The notes: generated by a model from the sequence alone, not told the origin. A stretch of DNA of 33,357 bases from Candidatus Dormibacterales bacterium (GCA_050735015.1 JBOHUY010000106.1:1-33357), one strand, 5' to 3'. Shown: positions 7,146 through 14,697, counted from the stretch's first letter. Translations and numbers: made by a program.

Positions 7146-9008
7146 TTGACCGATCCATCCGATCTCTTCGCGCGTGTCTTCGACGCCATGCCCGACGGCG
7201 TCGTGGTCGTGGACGGGGGTGGGCTGATCACCCAGGTCAACCGCCAGATGGAACTCCTCTCCGGCTACCCACGCGAGGAGCTCCGGGGAAAGCCGATCGA
7301 GGTGCTGGTGCCGGCCCCCTACCGAGGCGCTCACGAAACCGATCGCTCGCACTACACACTCGCTCCCGCCCGCCGCGCGATGGGCACGAACCTCGACATC
7401 CACATGCGGCGGAAGGACCGCACCGAGTTTCCGGCGGACATCTCGCTGAGCCCCGTGGAGACAGACACGGGCGTGATGGTGGTCGCCGCGGTCCGTGATA
7501 TCTCGGAGCGCAGGGCCGCCGAGAGCGCGCTGCGTGCAGAGCAGGAGCGTTTTCGCCAGGTGGTGGAGACCGTCAGGGACTACGCGATTTTCATGCTCGA
7601 CCCTGGCGGTCGCGTCACAACGTGGAACCGCGGTGCGGCCGCCATCAACGGTTACACGGGCGAAGAGATCGTCGGGCAGAGCTTCGCGGTCTTCTATCCG
7701 CCCGAGGACATCGCGGCAGGCAAGCCGGGCCGGCAGCTCGAGCAGGCGGCCGAGGAAGGGCGGGTGGAGGGCGCCGGGTGGCGGGTGAGGAAGGACGGCA
7801 GCCGGTTCTGGGCCTACGTGGTGATCACGCCCATCTTCGACGAATCGAGCGCCCTCACCGGGTTCTCCAAGATCACCCGCGACGCCAGCCGCGAGCGGCG
7901 CGAGCGCGAGCGCATCGAAGGCCTCCTCGCAATCTCGGACGCGATCCTGTCCGGCCAGGAGCTCGGCACGATCCTGGTCTTGATCGCGGCCCGGGCTCGC
8001 AGTCTTGTCGAGGGAGCAACCGGAACCGTCGCGATTCCCGCGCCGGACGGCGACGAGTACGTCATCGAAGTCGCTGAAGGCCATGCCGCGGACCGCCTTC
8101 GCGGCCGGCGTCTGCCGCTGGGCGGGTCACTCACCGCGCAGGTCCTTCGCTCCCACTCCGCGGTGTTGGTCGAGGATCTCAGTACCGACCTCCGCTCCTA
8201 CACGGCGGTGGCGGAACCTGTCGGCCACGGCCCAGGCATCCTGCTGCCACTCTTCGTCTCGGGCCACGACTTCGGGACCCTCTGCATCATCAACGCGCGA
8301 GGCGGAAGGCGGTTCACAGAGGAGGATCTTGAGCAGCTACAGGTATTTGCGGCGCAGGCGTCGGTCGCGCTCGAGCACGCCCGCCTGCAGCAGGAGCTGC
8401 AGCGGCTGGCGCTCGTGGAGGATCGGGAACGCATCGGAAGGGAGCTCCACGACGGTGCCGTCCAGGCGTTGTTCGCGGTGGGGATGAGCCTGCAGGCCGC
8501 CGAGGCGCTCACCCCCGACCCGAACCTCCGGCACCGGCTCGACGAGTCGGTCAAGCAGATAGACCAGGTGATTCAAGACCTGCGCAACTACATATTCGGC
8601 CTCCGGCCCGGCATCCTGGCGGACCGAGAGCTGGAGCAGGCGCTGCGAAAGCTGGCGGCTGACTTCGAGGAGGAAGCCGGCGTCACGACCGTGGTCGACG
8701 TCGACCTCCGGCTGTCGGCAGAACTCAGCAATCACGCCGGCGACCTCGTCCAGGTCGCCAGCGAGGCTCTTTCTAACGTGGCGCGCCACGCCGGCGCGAT
8801 GACGTGCCGCCTCACCCTGCACCGCGAGGACGGTTCCGCGGTGCTCGAGGTCGAGGACGACGGGCGGGGGTTCGACCCGCGGGCGCCCAGCCTCGGCCAG
8901 GGGCTGCGCAACTTCCGGGAGCGTGCGGCCGCCCTCGGGGGCGAGGTCTCGATCAGCTCGCAGGCGGGTGAGGGAACAACGGTCCAGGTCCGGATTCCGA
9001 CCAGGTAG
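7146..9008 (+). CDS. Soluble sensor histidine kinase: PAS-PAS-GAF-HisKA_3-HATPase_c
   Basis: C-terminal part of track ORF 6336..9008; upstream of 7110 that ORF is the antisense shadow of the regulator. PAS1 is FARVFDAMPDGVVVVDGGGLITQVN... and PAS2 is FRQVVETVRDYAIFMLDPGGRVTTWNRGAAAINGYTGEEIVG.... A GAF segment follows. The H-box is ERERIGRELHDGAVQ, the N-box EALSNVARHA, G1 DDGRGF and G2 GQGLRNFRERA. No TM segment. The start is TTG 7146, preceded by GAGGAAAGAGGG, or GTG 7131. Confidence 0.9.
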   Translation: MTDPSDLFARVFDAMPDGVVVVDGGGLITQVNRQMELLSGYPREELRGKPIEVLVPAPYRGAHETDRSHYTLAPARRAMGTNLDIHMRRKDRTEFPADISLSPVETDTGVMVVAAVRDISERRAAESALRAEQERFRQVVETVRDYAIFMLDPGGRVTTWNRGAAAINGYTGEEIVGQSFAVFYPPEDIAAGKPGRQLEQAAEEGRVEGAGWRVRKDGSRFWAYVVITPIFDESSALTGFSKITRDASRERRERERIEGLLAISDAILSGQELGTILVLIAARARSLVEGATGTVAIPAPDGDEYVIEVAEGHAADRLRGRRLPLGGSLTAQVLRSHSAVLVEDLSTDLRSYTAVAEPVGHGPGILLPLFVSGHDFGTLCIINARGGRRFTEEDLEQLQVFAAQASVALEHARLQQELQRLALVEDRERIGRELHDGAVQALFAVGMSLQAAEALTPDPNLRHRLDESVKQIDQVIQDLRNYIFGLRPGILADRELEQALRKLAADFEEEAGVTTVVDVDLRLSAELSNHAGDLVQVASEALSNVARHAGAMTCRLTLHREDGSAVLEVEDDGRGFDPRAPSLGQGLRNFRERAAALGGEVSISSQAGEGTTVQVRIPTR

Positions 9009-9009
9009 T

Positions 9010-9352
9010 GCTCCATCCGGGAAATGTGCTCGACCGCGGTTGACCTTCTCAAGAATCGGCTCGACTGACGCGGTCCAGACGAAGGCCTTGGGGTCGGCGT
9101 TGTGGGCTTCCATGTAACGATGAATGGCGGCTACCATTGCGCCCACGCCGCTGACGGATCCCCGGCGGATGGCCCGACTGGTGAGCTGACTGGACAGACC
9201 TCAGTCAGCTTGTACCAGGAGGAGCTGGTGGGCACGAGGTGGACGTGGAAGCGAGGCCGCTGAGACAGTCAGGCATTGAGCTTGGGATGCCCGTGGAGTC
9301 GCGCCGGGTGATCGGATGGCAGGTCGTGCACCGCGCCACTTGCAAAGTCATG
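9010..9352 (-). mobile_element. IS630-family transposase relic (C-terminal third only, inactivated)
   Basis: Minus-strand reading gives ...GHPKLNA*LSQRPRFHVHLVPTSSSWYKLTEV in one frame. After a frame change it gives GLSSQLTSRAIRRGSVSGVGAMVAAIHRYMEAHNADPKAFVWTASVEPILEKVNRGR. This matches the conserved IS630 tail (HPRFHxHFTPTSSSWLNxVExWF...IRRGSF...PFVWTK.A..ILEKV). It carries an in-frame TGA where Trp is expected, at least one frameshift, and no native stop. The N-terminal two-thirds are missing or unrecognisable. Confidence 0.7.
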
Positions 9353-9573
9353 CACCACGATCCTCAGCCGCACACCCCGACCCCCCGGCAGCGGGCGGAG
9401 GCGTGGTCCCAGACTGCGTCGAGCCCAGCTCGCCGGCGGGGGACGACCTCGCCCCCAGCGCCCGCCGCAGCCTGCGCCGGACGCGCCGCAGCTCTCGCTC
9501 CTCGACCGGCTCCAGCCACGCAGCGCGCCTTCTCAGCGCGGCGCGCAAGGAAGGCCAGGCCGGACGCTCGAGG

Positions 9574-9984
9574 TCACCCAAGATGTCGCGCCCCCCACCA
9601 CCGCCCGCCCCGAGGCCCCGCCTTCGCCACCACGCCCGCCTTCCGGCCGTTGAGCGCGCGGACCGGAGCATGGCGGGCGGGCCGCAGTCCCCGCTCCTCG
9701 TCCTCGCGGCGGCCACCGACGCCGTCGGTGCCCGTCCTTGTTGACGCGCCCGCGCGAGAGGGGGTGAGATAGCCGGAACGCTCCTCAGTGCGGCCCGGGC
9801 GCGCGGAGAGGGGCAAGGTCGAGATGTCCCCCCTCTGGCCCACCTCGTCCAGGAGCAAGAGCCCGTGCTCGGCGCAGTCGAGCTCGACGGTCCCCCGCGC
9901 CACGTCCACCCTCACCGAGCACTCGCGCCCGCACTCGGGGCAGGCGTCCGGGCTCAGTTCCAAAGCCAGTCCTTCAAGCTGCAC
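9574..9984 (-). CDS. Candidate small ORF downstream of the nuclease-helicase with a CxxC...CxxH zinc-ribbon-like motif; the C-terminal half may be read-through into degraded DNA
   Basis: Tail of track ORF 9574..11220 after the helicase stop. GTG at 9984 is preceded by GAGGTG plus a 6-nt spacer. Translation: (M)QLEGLALELSPDACPECGRECSVRVDVARGTVELDCAEHGLLLLDEVGQRGDISTLPLS.... Third codon positions are mostly G/C. After about 65 aa the sequence becomes Arg/Gly-rich and low in complexity. Confidence 0.25.
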   Translation of the reverse strand: MQLEGLALELSPDACPECGRECSVRVDVARGTVELDCAEHGLLLLDEVGQRGDISTLPLSARPGRTEERSGYLTPSRAGASTRTGTDGVGGRREDEERGLRPARHAPVRALNGRKAGVVAKAGPRGGRWWGARHLG

Positions 9985-10058
9985 ATCGATCACCTCGAGG
10001 TCGACTCTGGGGGTGGGCCGCGTCAGGTGTGTGTCGCGGCGGGCCCGCCCGCCGGCGA

Positions 10059-13000
10059 TCAGGTCAGGCCCGGTTCCGATCGCCCCGCCGCGGCGAGGCG
10101 GCAGAGGGCGTTCACGAGGCGCATCTCCCTGGGGCTCTTGGCCCCCGCCCGGAGCAGGGCGGGGCTGCAGACGAGCACGGCCAGGCCCTGGCCCCGGGAG
10201 ACGGCCACGTTGAGGCGGTTGAGCGAGTAGAGGAAGTCGAGGCCGCGCGGCATGTCCTGCGCGGAAGACGTGGCCATTGAGTAGATGACCGCGGGCGCCT
10301 CCAGGCCCTGGAACCTGTCCACCGTGCCCACGCGGGCGCCCTCGGGCAGCCAGGCCCGCAGGAGCGCCACCTGGGCGTTGTAGGGCGCCACGACAAGGAT
10401 GTCGGCGACGCCGAGGGGCCTCGTCATCCCGTCCGAGCCCGTCCAGGGCCTTCCCAGGAGGTCCTGGAAGACGACCAGCGCGGCGGCGGCCTCCTCCGCG
10501 GACCGCGTCCGGTTGTCGGTGTGCGCGACAGGCACGTAGCGGATGCCGGCGCCGGCCGCCCATCCCTCTCCCCCCACCGCCTGGCGGGAGCAGGAGGCCC
10601 GGGCCTCGAGACGCCCTTCGTAGGCGACCTCGGACACGAAGTGGCACAGGCGAGGGTGCATGCGCCAGGTCCGGTCCAGGAAGATCCCGCGGTCCTCCGG
10701 CATCGTGATCGAGTCCCCCAACAGGTGCTCCAGGCAGGAGACGTCCGCGCCCGGCGGGTGCACGCCCTGGGACGGCATGGCGAGCTGGTTGGGGTCGCCG
10801 ATGAGGACGAGGTTGCGGGCGGCGCCGCCGACCGCGAGCACGTCCGCCAGCGAGACCTGGCCCGCCTCGTCGACGAAGAGCACATCCACCGCCTCCGCCA
10901 TCGGCTCTCGCGCGAAGAGCCAGGCCGTGCCGGCGACGAGGTCGGACTCCCGCGCCCGCGACTCGGCCTCGGCGCGGCTGTCGGTGCAGAGCACCCCTGG
11001 AAGGCCGCAGCACTCCCCCGCGGGCGCCTTCTGGACGGCGGAGGGCCGCATCGAGCCCTCGCGGGCGGCCAGGTCCCAGACGCTCTCCAGGAAATGGGAG
11101 ATGACCCTGTGGCTGGCGGCCGTGACGCCCACGCGCCGGCCTCGCCGGACGAGCTCGAGCGCCATCTCGGCCCCGGTCCGCGTCTTGCCCGTCCCGGGCG
11201 GCCCCTGGAGGGCCAGGCACCCGTCCCTCAGGGCCAGAACCGCCCGCACCGCCGCCGCCCCGGCCTCCTCACCGGGCACCCGGGCCAGGCTGACGCCGGG
11301 CGCGAGCCGGGGCGGTCGCCGGAGAAGGAGGTCGCGCGCCGCCCGGCAGGGTCCCTCCCCGTCGACACCGCTCTCGGCCACCGACCTCGCCAGCCGCGCG
11401 ATGGCGTTTCTCTGCTCGGTGTCCCCCGGGGGGCCCTCGGGGATCAGCGAGCGCGGGTGGGGCGCCGCGGAGCCGGCCCGCCGCCTGAGCTCGATCCAGC
11501 CCTGCGTGGCGTCCGCGCCCACCACCTCCCCACACCCTCTGCCCGTGCGCGGGTCGACGGGGTGCGAGCCGGCCAGGATCTTGTGCTCCTGGGGCTCGTG
11601 GGAGTACCGGTGCACCTCCGACCGGGCACCCGAACCGGCGGTGCCCTCGTGGCGGAGGCCGCCCAGGGCGGAGCTCTCCTCCTGGAGCTCGGCGTCGGAC
11701 ATCTCCAGCCTCTGGAAGTGCGCCCACCACTGGGACCTGGCCTCCCGCCGGTGCCACGTGAGGAGCTGCGCCAGCAGCCAGCGCGCCTGCTGCTCCTCGC
11801 TGCGAGCCTCCCTTTCCTCCGGCACCCCCTGCGTGAGGAGCCCCCCGAGCCGGGCCGACTCCCGCTCCGCCTGCTCCAGGGCGGGGCCCGGCCGGTCGCT
11901 CGCCGGGGCCGGGCGGGTCGGCTCCCACCCCGCCTCGGTGCCCGCCTCCCGCCGCCGCTCCTCCAGCCAGTCGCGAAGCCTCAAGGTGGACAGGCAGTCC
12001 GCCTCGTTGTACGCGCGGATGCTCTCCAGGGTGGCGGGGTCCTGGGATTGCAGCCACTCCTCGTAGGCGGCGATGCTGGCAGCCGCGCGGGTGATGACGC
12101 CCTCCCTCTCGGCCATGTAGAGGGGCTCCAGGGCCTTGAGCGAATACGACTCCCCTGAAGCCCTGAGGGAGTGGCGCACGACCCGGTAGAGGTCGACCAG
12201 GACCTTCCCGCGCAGGAACCGGTCGACCTCCGCCTCCCGCGTCGCGTGGCGTCCCATCAGCTTCTTGAGGGCCGACGGCTCGTAGTCGGCGTAATGGAAC
12301 ACGTGCAGCTCCGGCCAGCGCTCGAGCCTGGCCATGAGGAAGTCGACGAACCCCTCCAGCGCCGCCTTCTCGCCCGCGGGGTCGTGGGCCCACCAGCACC
12401 GGAAGCGAGGCTCCCCGCCCTCTCTCCAGAGGACCCCGAAGAGGTACTCGAGTCCAGCCTCGGTGGCGAAGGGGTCCCCCTCCATGTCGAAGAAGACGTC
12501 GCCCGGGGAGGGCTCCGGGAGCGCGGACAGCCCCGTCCCCGCCGGACCCGGCGGCAGCAGCTCGTACAGGGCGCCGGGTGTCGACCGGCCCTCCAGCTGC
12601 AGGCGGGCCTGGCGCCTCAGCCCGTCCAGCGCGGCGGCGCCGATGCCGCCCACCGCCAGCCCCTCGCCCGCCCGGCCCAGCGCCTCCAGCGTCTCGATCC
12701 CGGCCGCCCGGAGCTTGTGGGCCTGGTCGCGGCGCATACCCGCCACCAGGCTCAGGTGGTCGTCGGCCCGCCTTCTCGCCTCGCACGCCTCCGCCCACCG
12801 GCAGACCCCGCAGTGCTCGACCGGCTCCGGGTAGGTGGAGGGGCCGGTGGCGACGGCGGCCTCCAGGCGCTCTCGGGCGGAGGCCAGGTAGCAGGTATGG
12901 TCGAGGACTCGGAAGGCCACCTCCGACCCGTCTCCCAGGACCAGGTGCATGTGCTCGGGCAGCCTGCCCTGGACCGCGGCCAGCATCTCCGAGTAGAGGC

Positions 13001-13454
13001 AGGTCTGGAGCAGGGCGCGCGCCTTGGCCCGGCGGGCCAGCTTGGTGTCCAGGACCTCGTAGCTCCACGGCCCCAGCCGGCTGGGCCGGTCGAGACGCCG
13101 CAGGAAGTCCGCCACCCCCAGCCACCGGCCGTCGAAGAAGACGGCCTGGTAGATGAAGGCCTCGCCTCGCGACATGGCGGCGACGGTGGCGCCGGCGGCG
13201 CTCACGTGAGCCTCTCGGGTGGGACCCGGAGGCGGGACACGGAAGACCCGCGCGCGAGATTCCAGGGCCGCCAGGTAGCCCGCCTCGTGGGCCTCGCCGC
13301 GGCGGGCCACAACCTCCAGCTCGGGGTCCAACCGCCGGGGCCGCTCAAGCTCGCCGCGGGCGGCCGCCAGCTCCAGCCCGGCCAGGTGCTCGCAGGCCAT
13401 GAAGCCGGTGAGGTCGGTGGCGCTCAGCACCAGCCGTCCGTCCAGGAGCTGCAC
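10059..13454 (-). CDS. TM0106-type RecB-like (Cas4-like, Fe-S) nuclease + RNase-H-fold exonuclease-like domain + Upf1/DNA2-like SF1 helicase fusion protein
   Basis: ORF track, 1131 aa. The N-terminus has Cys-20 (FMACEH) plus HCGVCRWAEAC (CxxCx5C) and the nuclease core GVADFL...YEVLDTKLA. The middle has DVFFDMEGDPF...FHYADYE...SYSLKALE. The helicase motifs are GPPGTGKT, FVDEAGQ, GDPNQL, WRMHPRLCHFVSEVAYEGRL, VVAPYNAQV, VGTVDRFQGLEAPAVIYS and LNVAVSRGQG. Confidence 0.9.
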   Translation of the reverse strand: MQLLDGRLVLSATDLTGFMACEHLAGLELAAARGELERPRRLDPELEVVARRGEAHEAGYLAALESRARVFRVPPPGPTREAHVSAAGATVAAMSRGEAFIYQAVFFDGRWLGVADFLRRLDRPSRLGPWSYEVLDTKLARRAKARALLQTCLYSEMLAAVQGRLPEHMHLVLGDGSEVAFRVLDHTCYLASARERLEAAVATGPSTYPEPVEHCGVCRWAEACEARRRADDHLSLVAGMRRDQAHKLRAAGIETLEALGRAGEGLAVGGIGAAALDGLRRQARLQLEGRSTPGALYELLPPGPAGTGLSALPEPSPGDVFFDMEGDPFATEAGLEYLFGVLWREGGEPRFRCWWAHDPAGEKAALEGFVDFLMARLERWPELHVFHYADYEPSALKKLMGRHATREAEVDRFLRGKVLVDLYRVVRHSLRASGESYSLKALEPLYMAEREGVITRAAASIAAYEEWLQSQDPATLESIRAYNEADCLSTLRLRDWLEERRREAGTEAGWEPTRPAPASDRPGPALEQAERESARLGGLLTQGVPEEREARSEEQQARWLLAQLLTWHRREARSQWWAHFQRLEMSDAELQEESSALGGLRHEGTAGSGARSEVHRYSHEPQEHKILAGSHPVDPRTGRGCGEVVGADATQGWIELRRRAGSAAPHPRSLIPEGPPGDTEQRNAIARLARSVAESGVDGEGPCRAARDLLLRRPPRLAPGVSLARVPGEEAGAAAVRAVLALRDGCLALQGPPGTGKTRTGAEMALELVRRGRRVGVTAASHRVISHFLESVWDLAAREGSMRPSAVQKAPAGECCGLPGVLCTDSRAEAESRARESDLVAGTAWLFAREPMAEAVDVLFVDEAGQVSLADVLAVGGAARNLVLIGDPNQLAMPSQGVHPPGADVSCLEHLLGDSITMPEDRGIFLDRTWRMHPRLCHFVSEVAYEGRLEARASCSRQAVGGEGWAAGAGIRYVPVAHTDNRTRSAEEAAAALVVFQDLLGRPWTGSDGMTRPLGVADILVVAPYNAQVALLRAWLPEGARVGTVDRFQGLEAPAVIYSMATSSAQDMPRGLDFLYSLNRLNVAVSRGQGLAVLVCSPALLRAGAKSPREMRLVNALCRLAAAGRSEPGLT

Positions 13455-13597
13455 CTCTCAGCGGCCCCGCCGCGGCCGCGGCCGCGCCCGGCCGGCCGCG
13501 CCTTCCGCCTCGATACCGTGAGCGTCGCCCCTCGTCATGGCGACAGCATCATCCGCCCCGCCGGCGCCAGCTCTCTGTCGCCTCCGCCCCCCGGTGG

Positions 13598-13603
13598 CAT
13601 AAT
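13598..13603 (+). promoter_or_regulatory. Candidate -10 box (CATAAT) for the WYL regulator gene
   Basis: CATAAT lies 14 nt upstream of the ATG at 13618, implying a very short leader (GGAAAGAC). No good -35 is present. The inverted repeat GTCGCC-N9-GGCGAC at 13524-13544 in the same 163-bp divergent region is a possible operator. Confidence 0.25.
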
Positions 13604-13617
13604 CGCCCCGGAAAGAC

Positions 13618-14688
13618 ATGGAGCCGTTCCAGAAGCAGGACCGCGTTCTCCGCCTTCTGAAGGAGCTCACGATCTTCCAGGGCGCGGCCCACGGACTCAC
13701 CACGCGCGACCTCGCCGACCGCATGGACATCAGCCAGCGCACGGCGCAGCGGGACATCGCCGCCCTGGAGTCGGAGATCGGCGTCCCCTTCCAGCTGGTG
13801 GGGTCGCGCTGGAAGGTCATCCCGGGCTGGTTCCTGCCCCCCGTCAACCTCAACATCCAAGAGGCGATGGCGCTCCTTCTGGGGGCAAGGCTCATGCTCC
13901 GCTACGCGGACCGCGCCAACCCCTTCGCCACCTCCGCCTACCAGAAGGTTGCCGCGGTCCTGCCCGAGGGGGTGCGGGGCGCGCTCGCGGAGACCGCCCA
14001 AGGGCTCTCGCTCAAGGCCCAGGACGCCGTCTACCTCAAGGTGCTGGCGACCCTCACCTCGGCCTGGGCGGAGCGCCGCAAGGTCTCCATCGCCTACCGG
14101 TCGGGAAACGGGGGCGGCGCCGAGGCCCAAAGACGCACCGTGCACCCCCTCTTCCTGGAGCCCAGCGCCCCCGGCCACGGCTGCTACCTCATCGCCTGGG
14201 ACGAGACGCGCGGCGCCACCCGCAACTTCAAGCTCGAGCGGATCTCGGACGCCCGCCTTTTGGAGACCGCCTTCTCGCCTCCCGCCGGCTTCTCCGTCGC
14301 CCGTCACCTGGCCGGCGCCTGGGGAGTCTGGTCGTCCGAGGACCCGGTCGAGGTCGTGCTGCTCTTCGACCGCTCCGTCGCGGCGCGAGTCAGGGAGACG
14401 GTCTGGCACCCGAGCCAGGTCCTGGAGCAGGAGGCGGACGGCCGCCTCCGGCTGCGGCTCCGGGTGGCGTCGGCGGTGGAGATCCGGCACTGGGTGCTGG
14501 GCTGGGGCGGCGCCTGCGAGGTGGTGTCCCCTCGGTCGCTGCGCCAGGAGGTGGCCTCGCAGGCCCGCGCGATGGCCCGCGCGTACGGCCTGGACGGGGA
14601 GCCGGCGCGCGTCGGGCGCCTGCTGGCCGGCCTCGAGGCGGCGGCGGCAGAGAAGGCCCCCCGCGCGCGCGGCCGGAAGGCGGGGTAG
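13618..14688 (+). CDS. HTH-WYL-WCX transcriptional regulator (PafBC/BrxR/CapW-like architecture)
   Basis: ORF track, 356 aa. The N-terminal HTH is DRVLRLLKELTIFQGAAHGLTTRDLADRMDISQRTAQRDIAALESEIGVPF. The WYL domain is RRKVSIAYRS...RTVHPLFLEPSAPGHGCYLIAWDETRGATRNFKLERISDARLL. The C-terminal WCX-like part is VEVVLLFDRSVAARVRETVWHPSQ...EIRHWVLGWGGACEVVSPRSLR. Confidence 0.9.
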   Translation: MEPFQKQDRVLRLLKELTIFQGAAHGLTTRDLADRMDISQRTAQRDIAALESEIGVPFQLVGSRWKVIPGWFLPPVNLNIQEAMALLLGARLMLRYADRANPFATSAYQKVAAVLPEGVRGALAETAQGLSLKAQDAVYLKVLATLTSAWAERRKVSIAYRSGNGGGAEAQRRTVHPLFLEPSAPGHGCYLIAWDETRGATRNFKLERISDARLLETAFSPPAGFSVARHLAGAWGVWSSEDPVEVVLLFDRSVAARVRETVWHPSQVLEQEADGRLRLRLRVASAVEIRHWVLGWGGACEVVSPRSLRQEVASQARAMARAYGLDGEPARVGRLLAGLEAAAAEKAPRARGRKAG

Positions 14689-14697
14689 CCGGGCGGG

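Noticed and set aside
1-9300. Impression that the left 9 kb is less GC-rich than the rest, with a boundary at the IS630 relic. That would imply foreign origin for one side.
   Set aside because: Spot counts of single 60-nt lines are inconsistent. They give 36/60 at 4381 and 35/60 at 6601, but 42/60 at 8401. On the right they give 41/60 at 12001, 47/60 at 15001 and 44/60 at 20701. A sliding-window GC/GC3 and codon-usage calculation is needed before claiming any compositional boundary.
13560-13603. PafBC-type RecA-NDp promoter (TGTCGGT-N8-TAnnnT) upstream of the WYL gene or the helicase.
   Set aside because: Only TGTCGC is present, with about 18 nt to the nearest TAnnnT. Neither spacing nor sequence fits the known element.
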